Assembly (NCBI RefSeq): GCF_036321535.1
Contig: NC_087436.1
Location: forward strand, 52,330,001 to 52,394,000
Source: Camelus dromedarius
Taxonomy: Eukaryota
Direction: 5' to 3'
DNA length: 64,000 bases
A program made the position numbers and the translations under genes. Shown here piece by piece: positions 51,327 through 64,000 of the stretch. Position 1 is the first letter of the stretch. Each line of letters starts with the position of its first letter. Under the pieces are notes generated by a model. It ran no database searches and was not told where the DNA came from. It saw only the letters and a program-made list of their open reading frames with translations.

Positions 51327-51438
51327 GATACTTATTCTGATTTGCCTGGGATGATGCCAGTTTTAATACTGGAAGTCCTTTGTCCTGTCCGGGGAAATGT
51401 TTCAGTTCTGGGCAAACCCAAATTGTTGGTCACTCTAG
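51327..51438. mobile_element. MER94-like (hAT-Blackjack) MITE
   Basis: tttgcctggga...gaagtcc...ctgggcaaacccaaattgttggtcactcta terminus. Confidence 0.65.
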
Positions 51439-52339
51439 TTGTGATGCTGGCTTCTGCCCATGCACCCAGCAGAGTCTCACTCTTCTTTTCTTACCTGGAT
51501 GTGGAGAGATGTTATTTCCCATCTTCATTTACTGAGCACATCTGTGGAAATAACACTAACTTTTGGCCTGAACGTGTATGAGAGATACAAATTCCTCTTC
51601 ACCTAGGTGAGGTGAGTATCATCTACCCTGAAAGAATGGGATGGAGTAGATGGACTTCTAAATTTTCTTCTGGTAGTTTCAGATTTTCACTGTGGGTCAT
51701 AGTACTGAGAGTCAGCTGTGGGGGTGGCTTGGGTACACCCTACAATGGTGATGTTCTTATTTGTTAGAAGTTAAATAAGATTACAAAATGAAAATTGAGT
51801 CTGTTCAGCCTCCTTCATGTTGGAAGGAAGGGTCTCAAGAGTTTTCAAAAAGAAAATCGAGGTTTTAGTCTTTGTCAAGTTCTTATTAATAGAAAAGTAG
51901 AACCCCCTGCCCAGGTCCCCATCGCAGGTAGCTGCCTCCACCCTCCATCTGTGTGAGTGGTGGCACCTAACAAAGCCCAGCTGCCCCACTGATGGAGAAT
52001 TGTTTTTGACGCAAAGAGGGGCTCTTTGTGCAGCGTCCCACTCCCCATCCTCCACCTCAGCCTACAGGGACTGCATATGGCCTAACCTCCTGCCTCAAGG
52101 CTGAGAGGTACTATGTCTGCGTTGTAATTTGTATAGCAGAGCTTCCTCTGGGAACAGCCTGAAGCTAGTTCCAAACTAAGGTCATCTCCTTCCTTAGCAT
52201 CCTCTCTCCTCCATAAGCCCTCCCCCTACCAAGGAATGGAGATTCATTCTTTGCCTAAATCCATTGGACTGAAGAGTACCTGAAAAATACTAGGCACTTA
52301 ATGAATATTTTATGAATGAATGAACACATGAAGGATTTC

Positions 52340-52870
52340 TGAAGGGAACTGTAATTGATAAAAGCTTTCTGAAAAGCAATTTGGCAATATGCATCAAAAG
52401 CATTATATGCCTATTATCTTCTACTATTTCTACATTTTTAGGAAATTATCTTCAAAAAAGTAGTCAAAACATTGGACAAAGATTTATACAGAAGGATATA
52501 TATATCTATGAATTTTAATGTAATAAATCACGAAGTAGAAATAACACAAAAGTCCCAAAGTAGAGGAATAGTGAAGTGAATTATAATACTTCCTTCTATA
52601 AGACAGAATATTATTTAGCTATTAAAAACCATGATATGGGGAAGACATTGGTGGAAACACAAATTGGTACAGTGATTCTGAAGAGAAATCTGTCCAAGTG
52701 TATAGTTAAATTGTATATTCATATAACTTATTACCCAGCAATTTCACTCCTATGAATACCACAGATCCTCAAGGGACATGTGAGCCAGTATAGACTGAAG
52801 GCAATATAGGGGCCCATCCCTAGAGAAATAAAATACATGTACTCTTGAAATAAATAACATTTCTGCATAT
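52340..52870 (+). mobile_element. Old L1 (L1ME-type) 3' fragments
   Basis: ctttctgaaaagcaatttggcaatatgcatcaaaa, acccagcaatttcactcct. Confidence 0.6.
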
Positions 52871-53255
52871 TCAAGCAGTAATAGTAACAGGACTCATGGG
52901 AGAAATAGCATTGAGATAGTCCACTCCAAAGCTTTGCAGTTTTATAAAAAGAGCTCTATCATAGGCAATAATAATCATAATAAAAACTGGCACCATTTAA
53001 AGCAGACATGCTAAATTTCTAATACATTAAAAATACTCTTGTAAAATACAGATCCTAACTTTGAATTAAGAAAAAATTTGCCTTGTGGAAAGAGATGTAA
53101 AGAAGGTGAGGAGGAAAGTTAAAGGGAGAAGGACAGAGCGACATCTTCACAAGTTGCAAATGGGGAAACAATTTGGGATTTTGAACAAAACATAGAGGTG
53201 CCAGAGAAAGATTCCTCTGACTCTTTGTCTTGTGCTTGCTTCTTTTGTACGATGG

Positions 53256-53298
53256 TGAGTCAGAACCATGCAAAAAGCATTTTGGCCTATGGCCAAAA
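53256..53298. promoter_or_regulatory. AP-1 site plus perfect palindromic NFI site
   Basis: TGAGTCA at 53256-53262; TTGGC-ctatg-GCCAA at 53282-53296. Confidence 0.45.
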
Positions 53299-53439
53299 CG
53301 GATCAAAAAGAAACACATGTGAAAGGGGATGATGGACAAATGATGTATGCCTGCATGAGTTGTCACATTCAACAGTGTTAGTGTACTTTGTGTTTGTGTG
53401 TGTGTACTGTTATTTGTTGATGCAATAGATTAACATGTG

Positions 53440-54005
53440 TGTTCACCTATTATATATACATATGTCTACAAATAAGTATATAAATGTACCTACAAACCAG
53501 CATTGATGTTGTATAAGGATACATACATACTCAAGGATGTGCATCACACTTATTATAGGTAGTGTATTTCTACGGGGAGTAGAAGGAACCAGGGATTGAA
53601 AGTGAAGGTAAAAACAAAATAAACCAAGACTGGACCTTGTATTTACCAATGATACGGAGTGCCTTATATAGAGGTATATTACTAAAACTCTACATTTGTG
53701 GTAAAAAGTAAACCAAGCCCTCACCCCCACCCCAAATTTAAAAACCAAGAAGAAAGATTTTGTGTACCTGTATTTATTAGTGCGGAAATGACAGCAGAGG
53801 TACTGGTGAATGAAAAATAAGTTACAAAATAACATCGAAAATTACATGCATATCTCTGAAATAATCTGGAAGCATGTTTTTAAAATGTTAATTGTGGTTA
53901 TCTATCAACGTGATATTTCAGGAGATTTTTCTTTTCTACATTTTAAAAATATTTTAGAAGTATATAATCTTATAAGCAAACAGGAAATAAAGCTCTTTCC
54001 ATGTT
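53440..54005 (+). mobile_element. Old L1 (L1ME-type) 3'UTR fragments
   Basis: aatgttaattgtggttatct...ggagatttttcttttct...aaacaggaaataaagct. Confidence 0.5.
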
Positions 54006-54789
54006 TTAAATAGTTGAGAAAAGTTCTAAATATCATAAAGGAAAATGTTATAAGACAGCTATTTTTATTCATAGAAAATACATTCAAATGAGCAGGACCT
54101 AGTGTGAGAAAAATCAGTCTTTACTGCACACATAAGCAGCACTTAAAACCATAATTAAGATGGAAGATTATTTCTTTTGGAAGAATATTAACATTAATAT
54201 ATTTTAATCCATGAGAAAATATTACATGACTTCTTCTACCTTTACAACTTTTTGAAGGAAAATTTCTGAAAACTTATAAAATATGATTTGTGATATTTCA
54301 AAGAGATGCAATTATTTCCTTTATTAAAAAATTGCTGTTTTTTGACGTTTGAGGAATTTGGCATAAGATTGGTAGATGAGTGACTGGGCCAGTGCTCATA
54401 ACAGTTTATGAACATGTATGGGTATAATATATTCTTTGCTAAAAGAACACAAGTCTTAAGAGTAGGATCTTGCTCGTAAAAAATGTACTGTGAACCCAGA
54501 AGACAAATGGATGGAAGAACAAACAGTAAAGGCCTCAAGTTTTAAAGTACCCATTTGGGTAATTCAAGAATAACTGAAAACAAATGGAAGTAATAGCATG
54601 AAATTGCTTCATGAAATTTTAAAATCTTAGAACAAAAATGGTAAACTTCTATAATCTTGAACCTCCTTAATATGCACAGTTTATTTTATGACGTTGCTTG
54701 ACTGGAGCTTTAATGGTCAAGTGAGAAGGCTCTCTGTGACAGGGAGAGAGCACGTTTGTCCTGGGAGAGCTGTGCTGAGGCGGGCTGGT

Positions 54790-55465
54790 GGAGAGGCAGG
54801 GGCACTGGCCTTGGAGTAGGAGTCGTGGGGTCCTGGTTTTACATCTTGCTAGCTGTGCACCCTGACTCCTGATCTCTCAGAGGACCGTGACATTCCTTTG
54901 TTCGTGTTGCCCTACCTCCTCCACCACTTGTTAGAGCAAGTGGCATAAATTATGTGAAAACACTTAGTAAATTGTAAAGGATTGTTAAAATGCATTAAAA
55001 AATCCAAAATAAACTCAGTAACATGTTAGGTGATCCAGTACCTTTGGTCCGTCAGGAGATCTGCCTCTAGCCCCAGTCCTGTCCTTCCGTAGTGGTATGA
55101 GCCTAGGCAAGTCATTAACTTCCATGTGCCTCAGTTTTACAAATGCTCATTATAATGTTACCCAGTCAACCTACTTCATAGGCTCATTGTAAGTGAGATG
55201 GTATCTTCACAGGTTCAAACACATGAGATAATGTATGTATTTGATCTGAAGTCTTGGGTAAGTCATTTGTTTTTTTGTAGATGTCCCATCTATAAAATGT
55301 AGAGCAGAAATAGCTGAATGCTGACGCCACTTCTACTTCTAACCTTCTAGGACTCTGTTTTAGCCTTTCATTAAAAATAAAAACTACTTTATCTATTTTG
55401 TCTACTTACTATGTGCCAGGTACTCTTCTAAATACTTTATGTGAATTAACTTCTTTGATCTTATT
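54790..55465. mobile_element. Cluster of MIR/MIR3 fragments in both orientations
   Basis: ggcaagtcattaacttccatgtgcctcagttt; catctataaaatg; tactatgtgccaggtactcttc. Confidence 0.65.
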
Positions 55466-55859
55466 TTGTTGCATAGGGAGAAATTAGTTTTCACCTAAAC
55501 AACAACAACAACAACAAACTGATGATGGACAGAGCTGGTGTATCTTTGATGGGGAAGAGGAAATAGCTACAAATAAAATTACAGAGAGAACTGTGAAAAT
55601 GATGGAAGTAACGAGGAAGTGAACGAAGGGATGGAGGAGAAATAGGGAGGGAAATTCATTTCAAGCTTCTGTAGCAGCAGTGACATGAAGGTATTGCAAG
55701 GAACAAAAGGGCTATTAATTTAGTTTATTGTTTTGTTTTCCAACTGAAGAATTGGCAAGATTGAGGCCCTGGAAAGACAAGAAGATTAAATGGGATAAGC
55801 TTAAAAATTTTTCAGATGAGAAGTGATCAAATTCTGAAAAAGAAACAAGTATATCTAAA

Positions 55860-58560
55860 CAAGACTTTTGGAATAGAAGAGTAACGAGAGTAGTGGAACT
55901 CTCTCTAGCAAAATAACTGTTAAAAATTACTATTTTTTTACAAGCAGTCATTTAAATTCCCTATAAATTGTCCTAAGGGCATATAGCAAATGGACAAAGT
56001 TTCATTCAAGAAAATCTGTTTGATCTTGGTAAGAACAGTGAGAGTCTGTAGCATTTGAGAACTAACCTGCTCCCTTACCCACCCCAATGCTTTGTGTAAT
56101 GGGGGTTCTACCTTGGACCTGTGCAGCCAGGAAGACAGGGACCCCTTCTCTCCCCAGCTCCTAGTCTTAAGCTACAGTTTCATTTGAGAAAGAGCTGACT
56201 GCCAGCATTTCTTATCCCTCTCCCCCTCAGCCTCGTATTACAGAACCTTTATTCCACGTAGGTGCAGCAGAGAGGACTGGGTCTCCTTTCTCCCACCTTG
56301 CTCCCACACTTAGGGTGAACTGCCTACTTCAGGCTTGGCACATGTGAACACTGGCACTCGAACACCCCCTACTCCATTTTACTCATAGAGTGGAAGTTCC
56401 ACTATAGGAGGGCCAAGCTAAGAAGACCAAAGGCTACCGTTTCCCCAGTGTCCACAGCGTGTTGCTCTGGGAAAGGTGGGCCTCCCTCTACGAGTTCGGT
56501 GCAGTGGTATATAGAGGCCTTTCCCAGTGAGAAAGGCAGGCCTTAAGGACAGAAACTGCAGCTGTGCTTGAGGAGACTGAGCATATCTGGAACAGAGAAT
56601 GGAGAACACATGCCTAAGAACATTGTTGAAAACAATGAAAATCTGGGCAGAAGGCAGTCAAGAGGAAGCTGGTAACTCTCTGATGTAAGTAAAATGGCAG
56701 AACAGTCAGCAATTTAAAAGAAGAACCAGGAAAAGAGACAGTAAAAGGTGTTCTATGATCGCAGTCTGTGCTCTCGTGCTAGGCCACACCCACTCAGGAG
56801 CAGTCAGAGCAGGATGTCGGGCAGACTTGAAAGCATTCCCAGTGCTGCACACAGACCCATTAACACAGGGCAGAAGCCTCACTGGAACAAGGGGCTTATA
56901 CGGAACCTTTGAGTAAATGTTAATTGAACCATTGGCTACTCTGACCCAGGGGCAACTTTTAGAAAGCCAGGTTTAAAAACAAAATTACTTTTATCCCTGG
57001 AAATCTGGAAGACTATGTACATGCCCAAGGCTGTACCCTCTCAGAGAGGACCAGGGAGAGAACCTCTAATCTTCTAGTCCTCAGCTAGCATGGGGCAAAA
57101 CCCATAAAATCTCTGAACTATGAGAGCAGCCTCCAAGCCACACACATATTCAATGGTAAAGGGTAAAAAATATAACTTACTAAGAGGGCTTAAGCATAAC
57201 CTTTCTATCAGTAAGTGGCTTAAATTAACCTGGGGTTATTCCTAAATAGCCAAGGCTAAAAGGTTAATATAAGGGGAAAAAAATCTGAGCAAGGACATCA
57301 GAAACTGCATACTGCAGGCAAAATAAACTTTTCAGAATTAGGTGAGCCAAGTCACTAAGCAAATAAACCATCAGGCAAACAGTAAGGATGCCCAGGTTTC
57401 GAGGAATCAGTACCTATGCTTGTTACAATATATTTTCTAAAATGTATAATTTTCAACAAAAATATTATGATATATGCAAAAAAACCCTAGGAAAGTATGA
57501 CCAATAAATAAGAAAAAAATTAAAGCAATAGAAAATCCTTTTTAAGTGGCTTGGATGGTTGTCTTTGCAGACAGAGTTTAAAGCAGCTCTGATAATTATG
57601 TCAAACAAACAAACAAACAAATAAACAAAAACAAAAAACCCATGCTTAAAGAGTTAAAGGATGATAAGATGATGATGATGATAATGTTTTATCAAATAGA
57701 AAATACCAATAAAGAGATAGAAGTTAGGAAAAAGAACAAAGTGGAATTTCTGGAGTTGAAAAGTACAGTAACTAGTAGAAGGCCTCAACAATACACCTGA
57801 AGTGACAGAAGAGAGATTCAGTGATCTTGAAGAAAGAGCAGCAGAGATTACACAATGTGAGAAATAGAATGAAGAAAAATGAATATATATATGGGACACT
57901 TTTAAGTGCACCAACATATGTGTAATTGAAGCATCAGGAGGAGAGAAAGGAGAAGCAGACATTTTTTTTTGAAAAAAAAAAAGGCTAAAACTTACCAAAT
58001 TTGATGATAAATATTAACTTATACATCCAAGAAGTGCAGTAATTTCCCCAAAAAATAAACTCAGAGATCCATAGTCATATATGTCACAGTAAAAATGTTG
58101 AAAGCTAAAAATGTTTCAAGATTTTTCAAGAATCTTTTCAAGATCTTTCAAGAGAAAAATCTTGCAAACAGTAAGAAAAAAATAACTCATCACATATAAG
58201 AAAACCCCAATAATATTAATGGCTGACTTCTCATTAGGAACAGTGAAGTCTAGACAGTAGTAGGTTGACGTACTCAAAGTGCTGAAAGTAAAAACTGTCA
58301 ACCAACAATATTTTATTTAGCAAAACTATCTTTCAAAAATAAAGGCAAAATAGACATTCTCAGGTAAACAAAAACTGAGAGAATTTATTGCTAGCAGACC
58401 TGCCTTAAGAAATATTAAAGAAGATGCTTCAGAAAGAAAGCTAGTGACACAAAACAGTACTGTGAATCTATACGAAAAAATGAAGAAGACAAGTAAAGGT
58501 CATTAGGTAGGTAAATACAAAAGACAGTGTAATTAAATATTTATCCTTTTTTCTCTTACT
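55860..58560 (+). mobile_element. Old L1 5'UTR + ORF1 (L1M4/L1MC-type 5' end)
   Basis: ctaagggcatatagcaaatg...attcaagaaaatct...ggtaagaacagtgagagtctgt, followed by ORF1 motifs (aaactatctttcaaaaataaaggcaaaat, tgctagcagacctgcc). Confidence 0.8.
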
Positions 58561-58564
58561 TGGA

Positions 58565-59958
58565 AAAGATGAATAATTACTGTGACAATTGCCTTCTTTC
58601 TTGCTATAAATAACTAGAATAATCAATAAAATTTATGAAACATGAATTTTCAGAGATTGCATAGCAGGCCATCTAGATGGAGATCCAGAGAGGAGAAACG
58701 AACTAGGTGAGTCCTATGATTGCATGAGCTTTCTCCCTGGAGGCAGTGTTCAGGTCTAGGAGCAGGGATGGCTGTTTGACATAGAGACTAGTGGTCTTAC
58801 TGAATTGAAGAGACAGAGATCACAGTTCAGAGAAACCAAAGTGGATAGAATTTGTGGGGCAGAGTATTGAAGAAGAGTAAGCTGCTCACAGAGAGAGTTC
58901 CCAGCATCTTCATAGAGCTCCCATGGAACCTTTACACTTACCTGTATGTGTGTTGGGTAAGACTCTCCAGGATCTGGAGAAAAGCACACCAGAAAGCAGT
59001 AAACAGAACAATCTTCTGAGTTTACACCAGAAGTAGTTTGTGTTTCCACCAGCAAGAGTAGAGACCTCATACTATACAGGGCATTAAATCCAGTCCTCAA
59101 AAGGATCATACTTTAGTAAGGAGGCTAAATTATCTCCAGAAGGAAAGGCTCGTTGGAACAAAGCTTACAAAGTAAGTTTCAAAATGATTTAACTGCTTCT
59201 CAAACAGTTTAACACTTGCTAGAACATAATCCAACACTTCTGAAAGGGGGAGAATCCCTGACAGAATCCAAGACTCAACAATATAAAATTCAGTGTCTGG
59301 AACCCAAGTGAAAACTACCAGCCATGCAAATAGCAGGAAAATATGACCTATAGCCAGAAAAAAAAAGTGTATAAACAGAAATGGCAGAAATAATAAAATT
59401 GACAAAAATCTTAAAGGAACTGGTATAGAGCATAGAATTATAGTCAAGGATGTAAAAAATACATATATATATACATTAGCATTACAATATATAAACCCCT
59501 CCAAAATATTAGAGATTAAAAATATAGTATCTGAAATAACAAATACACTAAATAATATTAAAAAGAATATTTGAAATTAAAAAAAGGATAGGTGAACTTG
59601 AAGACATAACAGTGAAAAGTAACCAAAATAAAGCACACAGAGAAAAAAAACTGAAAATTACTCCATAAAACCTCAATAACGTATAATATCTAAAATGAAA
59701 CAGGCACAAAAGACTGAATACTCTATGATTTCCTTTATATGAAATTCTTAACAGAATAAGCCTATGGTGTTAGAAAGCAGATAAATGTTAGCTTGGGTCT
59801 AACGTAGGGAGAAAGAGTGGACTGAAAAGTTCCAGCAGAGGACTCTTCTAGGATGAAAAATGTTCTCAATTTTGATTGCTATGGATTTCATCAGACTGTC
59901 CACTGAAAATGGATTACTTTTACTGGATATATTTTACTTCAATAAAATGTATTTAAAT
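58565..59958 (+). mobile_element. Second old L1 5' end/ORF1 start (L1ME-type) joined to an L1 3'UTR end
   Basis: aggtgagtcctatgattgc...cagagaaaccaaa...aggtgaacttgaagacataac, then tatgatttcctttatatgaaattct...cttcaataaaa. Confidence 0.7.
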
Positions 59959-60899
59959 TAGGGGAAGTGTTTAGTAGACTTCCAAGTTGTGGGTAAGAAG
60001 CAAGACGTAATCTTGGATTATGGCAAAGATGAATAGTTTAGGAAACACTCTTAGAGGTTGTATTTTTTTTTTAAATAAAATCTTGTTACATTTAAAACTT
60101 GAGAAAGACAACTACTCTCTCTAGTTTAAAAATAATCTTTAAAAACACTTGAAATTAAGTTTCTTAATTTATTTTCTCTTTTGTTTTTTAAATAAACTGT
60201 TAGAGAGGTCTTACTTACAGTTGATTCTAGAGTCAGTAATTTCTTTAGTTTCCTTGAGGGAAGGGACTTAAAATATGAGTAAGAAACTACACAGATTGAT
60301 ATGAGATGTGCTTTTGATACCAATTTTGGCATTCAATTCACAAGGAGTCTCAGTCCTCCTGATTCGTACCTGTCTTACATCTTTAAATTAGTGTTGGCCA
60401 GCAAGGGTAATAAAAAGCTAAGGCTCCACGTAAAATTCATCAATTGCTTCCCATATGCTCAGGGTAAATCCCAAATTTCTTAAAGTGGCCACACAGGAAT
60501 TGAATGGACTAACTTCCTGTGCCCACGAGCCTCATTCTTCCCCCCTCTCCTTTCTTCAGACCGTTCTCTGGTTCAGTCATAGCAGCACATTCTCTCTGCA
60601 CTTCTCTCTAGAGCATTTCTTTTACACAACCTTGCTTCCATAATATTGTTCATGCTTCAGATACTAACTTCTTCATGGTGACATTCCTTGATTCCCTGAT
60701 TAAATTAGGTTTTACTACGTATTCCCACCATAACACCCTATATTTGTCATTTTAGTAAAACTGATTAAGTCAATTATCATTATTTGCTATAGTTGTGCCC
60801 CCAAGCACTTAATTATCCAATACTGAAACATTGCTCCTGGGGAAATATATCCACATATATCTTTATCTATACATTTATATCTACTGCTGTGTATATATC

Positions 60900-61095
60900 T
60901 CATATAGATTATAACCTTAAATCCTAAAAACAACTCATCCTGGTAGTTTCTATTTTCTTTATTTCACAAGAGAAAAGACGAGGTTCAGAGGTGTTAAGTG
61001 ACTTGCCTGGGGATACTCCCCAACAGGTGCCAGGTTGGGATTCAAGCTGGTCAACTGGCCCCAGAGTCAGAGCTCCGTGCACTCTACTGTCCCTG
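60900..61095 (-). mobile_element. MIR SINE
   Basis: gaggttcagaggtgttaagtgacttgcc...tgggattcaa...ccagagtc. Confidence 0.7.
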
Positions 61096-61259
61096 TCATG
61101 GCTATCTGATCATCTCTGTGTGAGAGAGAACTCAGATAGGAAGGCAGAATGACTCTTATTCAACCTCAGGTGGGAACTGGTGCATCTGGCAACTTTAATT
61201 TTTTACAGCTCTGAACACAGCCACCTATGACTGCTGAAGCACAGTGGATACTGATCTAG

Positions 61260-61476
61260 GAGTTAGAAATACATTTTTGCAAGTAGGTGAATTCACGAAT
61301 ATAGAATCTGAATAACCAGGATCAACTGTATTTATAACTATTTGTTTAGTATCTGTCTTGCTCATGTGTAATTTTTAGGAGGGCAGGCACCATCTCTATC
61401 TTGTTTACCAAGAGTGCTGGCTCATATTAGGTCTCTGGTAATGGCAGACTGAGTAAAAGAATAACTAAATGAATGA
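61260..61476. mobile_element. Tigger4/MER46-like terminal fragment (61260-61330) followed by an L2 tail
   Basis: caagtaggtgaattcacgaatatagaatctgaataaccaggatcaactgta, then ggagggcaggcac...aaatgaatga. Confidence 0.55.
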
Positions 61477-61772
61477 GTGTATTAGAAGTCTTCCTAAACC
61501 TGGAGCAAGTAGGTTCTGGAAATAGCCCCACTCACTAGTTGCCGTGGTGCCTCCTAGGTGAGTTTAACCCATCTAGGAATCTCTCAAAGTGTCAGGTGTA
61601 GCTTTCCCATCTAACTTTCTCTCCATGTAGCAATCTCAGTTCACCCACAGGTCCTAGATCCAAACGAGAAACCTCCTCCCTGCCCGTCTTTTCTTCTGGA
61701 GCTGATGCTTGTTTCTTTTGTACCTAGTATAGCCTTTCTTCTCCATGATTCATGACCCCGCTTCCTACTCAC

Positions 61773-62160
61773 CATAGTCAAAGTTCTTGAGTGCATAAGA
61801 ACAGTAACTGACTCAGATTAACTTAAGCAGCAAAAGAATTTGTTAGAAAGTTTCAGATCACAAAAGTAATGAGAAGAATGAATGAAGAAGCTTGAGTAGT
61901 AACCAAAGGAGTCAAAGCACAGGTAAAATCCTTTCCTGAGGCCTCTCTGCTTGGGATGCTGCTGCTAGTGGCATCACTGCACCGTTAACCACTCATCACT
62001 CCTTAAGTTATTAGAGTCTTCACTCTATCACAGCTGCTTCAAAGAATACCTGGCCTTGCACCTTTATGTCTCTGCTCTGGGACTCACGTGCCCAAGCTCT
62101 GGCTGCCAAAGAATAGGGAGAGGAGACACCTCCCATTTGGCTTCTCTAGTGAAATGAAAG
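61773..62160 (-). mobile_element. Ancient MaLR LTR (MLT1M/N-like)
   Basis: tagtcaaagttcttgagtgcataagaacagtaactgactcagattaacttaagcagcaaaagaatttgttag...tcacgtgccc. Confidence 0.55.
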
Positions 62161-62501
62161 GTGACCCAAGAAAGGGCACTCAGGTTGGAATACACATGTC
62201 GTAGATACAATCTAACTCTGGAACCCCCACCACCCAGAAACCTTGACAGTGAATTTTGAAAGAAAATTGTCTTGCAGTTTAGACTGTATTTGTTTTGCAT
62301 CAAGCTTCTTAAATAACTTCCTGCCCCCAGATTTTCTTTTCTCCTGTCTACATCCAATGTGAAGAACCTTAAGATCCTGCTTTTAAAAATCTGATCAGAT
62401 TTTAGCTTTTTGGCTTAGTGTAGCAGGTACTTTTATCAGGAAACTAGTCCTAATTTAAGTAAACATAAAAGAAGCAGAACTATAAAACTCTGACAGGGTC
62501 A

Positions 62502-62524
62502 TTTTTTTTTTTTTTTTTTTTTTT
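62502..62524 (+). repeat. Poly(T) tract, 23 nt
   Basis: Direct observation. Confidence 0.95.
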
Positions 62525-63286
62525 GCCACTTCCTACTCTGCATCCTTGATCCAGGATTAAAACATGGTGTGGGGTACAGAGAAACTCTGACATAGAGAAG
62601 AGAGAAATCATTTCCTCTGTCCCAAGGCATTTCATATTGTTCCAAAAGCGTCAAGACAATTTAACCATTCTTTGTTGGATCTTTAACCCTTCTGTTGTAT
62701 GTCTTTGATGGCTTGTAAAATAAATATGGATAGTACCAAACAATTGATTTTTTATTTAAAGAGTATAATTAGAATTCAGAATCAAAAGTCTTTCAGGACC
62801 TAAAGTGTGTTTAAAATTTTAAGCCAGTGATCTTGATAGCACCCATCTGTAACACATATTACTTGTTTCCCTTTCTCAGTTGACTGCTAGTTCCACATAG
62901 ACAGAAGCAACCTATCCTACTTACCAAATGTCCAGCACCCGACATGGCATCCAAAACAGAAAAGCCAAGAGTATATGGATATTCAGCTCTATAAGAGTTC
63001 CAGCTTATGATTTTGTTGTGGATACACAGTAGACCACAAATTTTGATGAAATTAGTTGGAAGGATATAGCAAAGGAAATGAATAAAACTACACATGTAAA
63101 TAAATAGCTGAGAAGAAAAATCTTGTTCTGTTGTTTAAAGGGATTTTTGTTCTGTAGCCAATTGAGCTGAAGAAAAACATTATAGGTCCTTTGTAAGAGC
63201 AAGTTTTCTCATTCTCCAATGGAAAATAATGGCCTTGAGTGAAGGAATGGGCAGACACCATTAAGAATACTTCCTGTAAAATACAG

Positions 63287-63415
63287 CAGTGTTTCTCACA
63301 ATCACCTGGGCAGCTTGGTCACACGCAGATCCTGGGACTCACTTCTCCAGGAAGAGTTGTGGAGTTGTGGCCCAGGAATCTGCATGAGGCTGGTCCTCAA
63401 ACACCCTTTGAAAAA
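63287..63415. mobile_element. MER5-like (hAT-Charlie) fragment
   Basis: cagtgtttctca...aatcacctggg...gcagatcctggg...ggcccaggaatctgcat...cacccttt gaaaaa. Confidence 0.7.
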
Positions 63416-63543
63416 GAAGACAACCCACAGTGGGCCTTGCACAGGTGAGGATTTGACTTGTGGCTGCAACCACTACCTACAAAGTGCAGGGCTTTGCATC
63501 TTTGTTCCTTGAAATTTGTAATTCTAATTTTATTTATTTACAG

Positions 63544-63688
63544 AAAAGTTAGGAGAAGGTTTTTTTTTACAAAGAAGAGCCTGGATCAAGATGCCCTGAA
63601 ATCTCTTTTTGAGGAGAAAATTCTCCCTAATCATGAATGGTTAACCTATCTAGCATCCCACATAATGTCTTTCTTTTTTTTTTTCTCT
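63544..63688 (+). pseudogene. Possible degenerate homeobox exon (PRD-class-like helices 1-2), unconfirmed
   Basis: After ttctaat...tttacag| the frame reads KVRRRFFFTKKSLD[QD]ALKSLFEEKILPNHEWLTYLASHI. This places R5, F8, L13, L16, F20, P26, L34, A35 and I38 correctly with one 2-aa insertion. No helix 3 is present in the window. Confidence 0.25.
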
Positions 63689-64000
63689 GTACACTGTAGA
63701 CCCTTGTCTACTGGGTACTGTGAAACTCTAAATTGCTTGTGGGGGAGTTGAACAATTTTTACCTTAACCTTACATTACTGCAGCATTTTGCATAATATAT
63801 ATAATTTTTAGTGAAGGCTTTTCATAAAACTGAACACTCTACAGGTATTCCACCTACATGGCCGTCTAATTTCATACCCCTGATAGATTTCCCTACAATG
63901 TTGCTAGGAGACCAAGACACTTCTTAACAAAGGATGCAGAATGTATTAACCATGTGGATACGTGCTCCCCCAGTCCATTGGCTTGTTGCAAATGTAGCTT

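Noticed and set aside
63900..63912. RFX-like motif GTTGCTAGGAGAC
   Set aside because: An isolated motif at the window edge with no supporting context.
1..64000. ORF-track ORFs of 60-136 aa as protein-coding genes
   Set aside because: Most lie in decayed repeats (e.g. 13637-14047 in MER20/L2, 37354-37719 in LTR16C, 57654-59504 antisense to L1), many start at GTG/TTG, and none gave a recognisable protein except the homeodomain-like stretch within 63458-63751.

Overview
AT-rich, CpG-depleted mammalian genomic DNA with no CpG island. It is very probably camelid (alpaca/llama/camel), because two TSD-flanked tRNA-Ala-derived SINEs of the camelid vic-1 type and a young cetartiodactyl-type L1 3'UTR are present. 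More than half of the window is recognisable decayed transposon sequence (L1, L2, MIR, ERVL/MaLR LTRs, an ERV1 remnant, hAT and Tigger DNA elements), often nested. Subfamily names are from memory of consensus sequences, and boundaries are approximate unless TSDs or termini are cited. I cannot identify any intact protein-coding gene, RNA gene or CRISPR array, so the window looks intronic or intergenic. The best-supported non-trivial element is a deleted gamma-type ERV with env ISD/CX6CC, cytoplasmic tail, PPT and 3' LTR (45.1-46.0 kb). More speculative signals are a homeodomain-like (PRD-class helix 1-2) peptide directly behind a strong splice acceptor at 63.5 kb, two well-formed small candidate exons on opposite strands at 19.5-20.5 kb, and several repeat-free motif clusters that look like enhancers or a promoter. 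I found no convincing evidence of a novel biological system.
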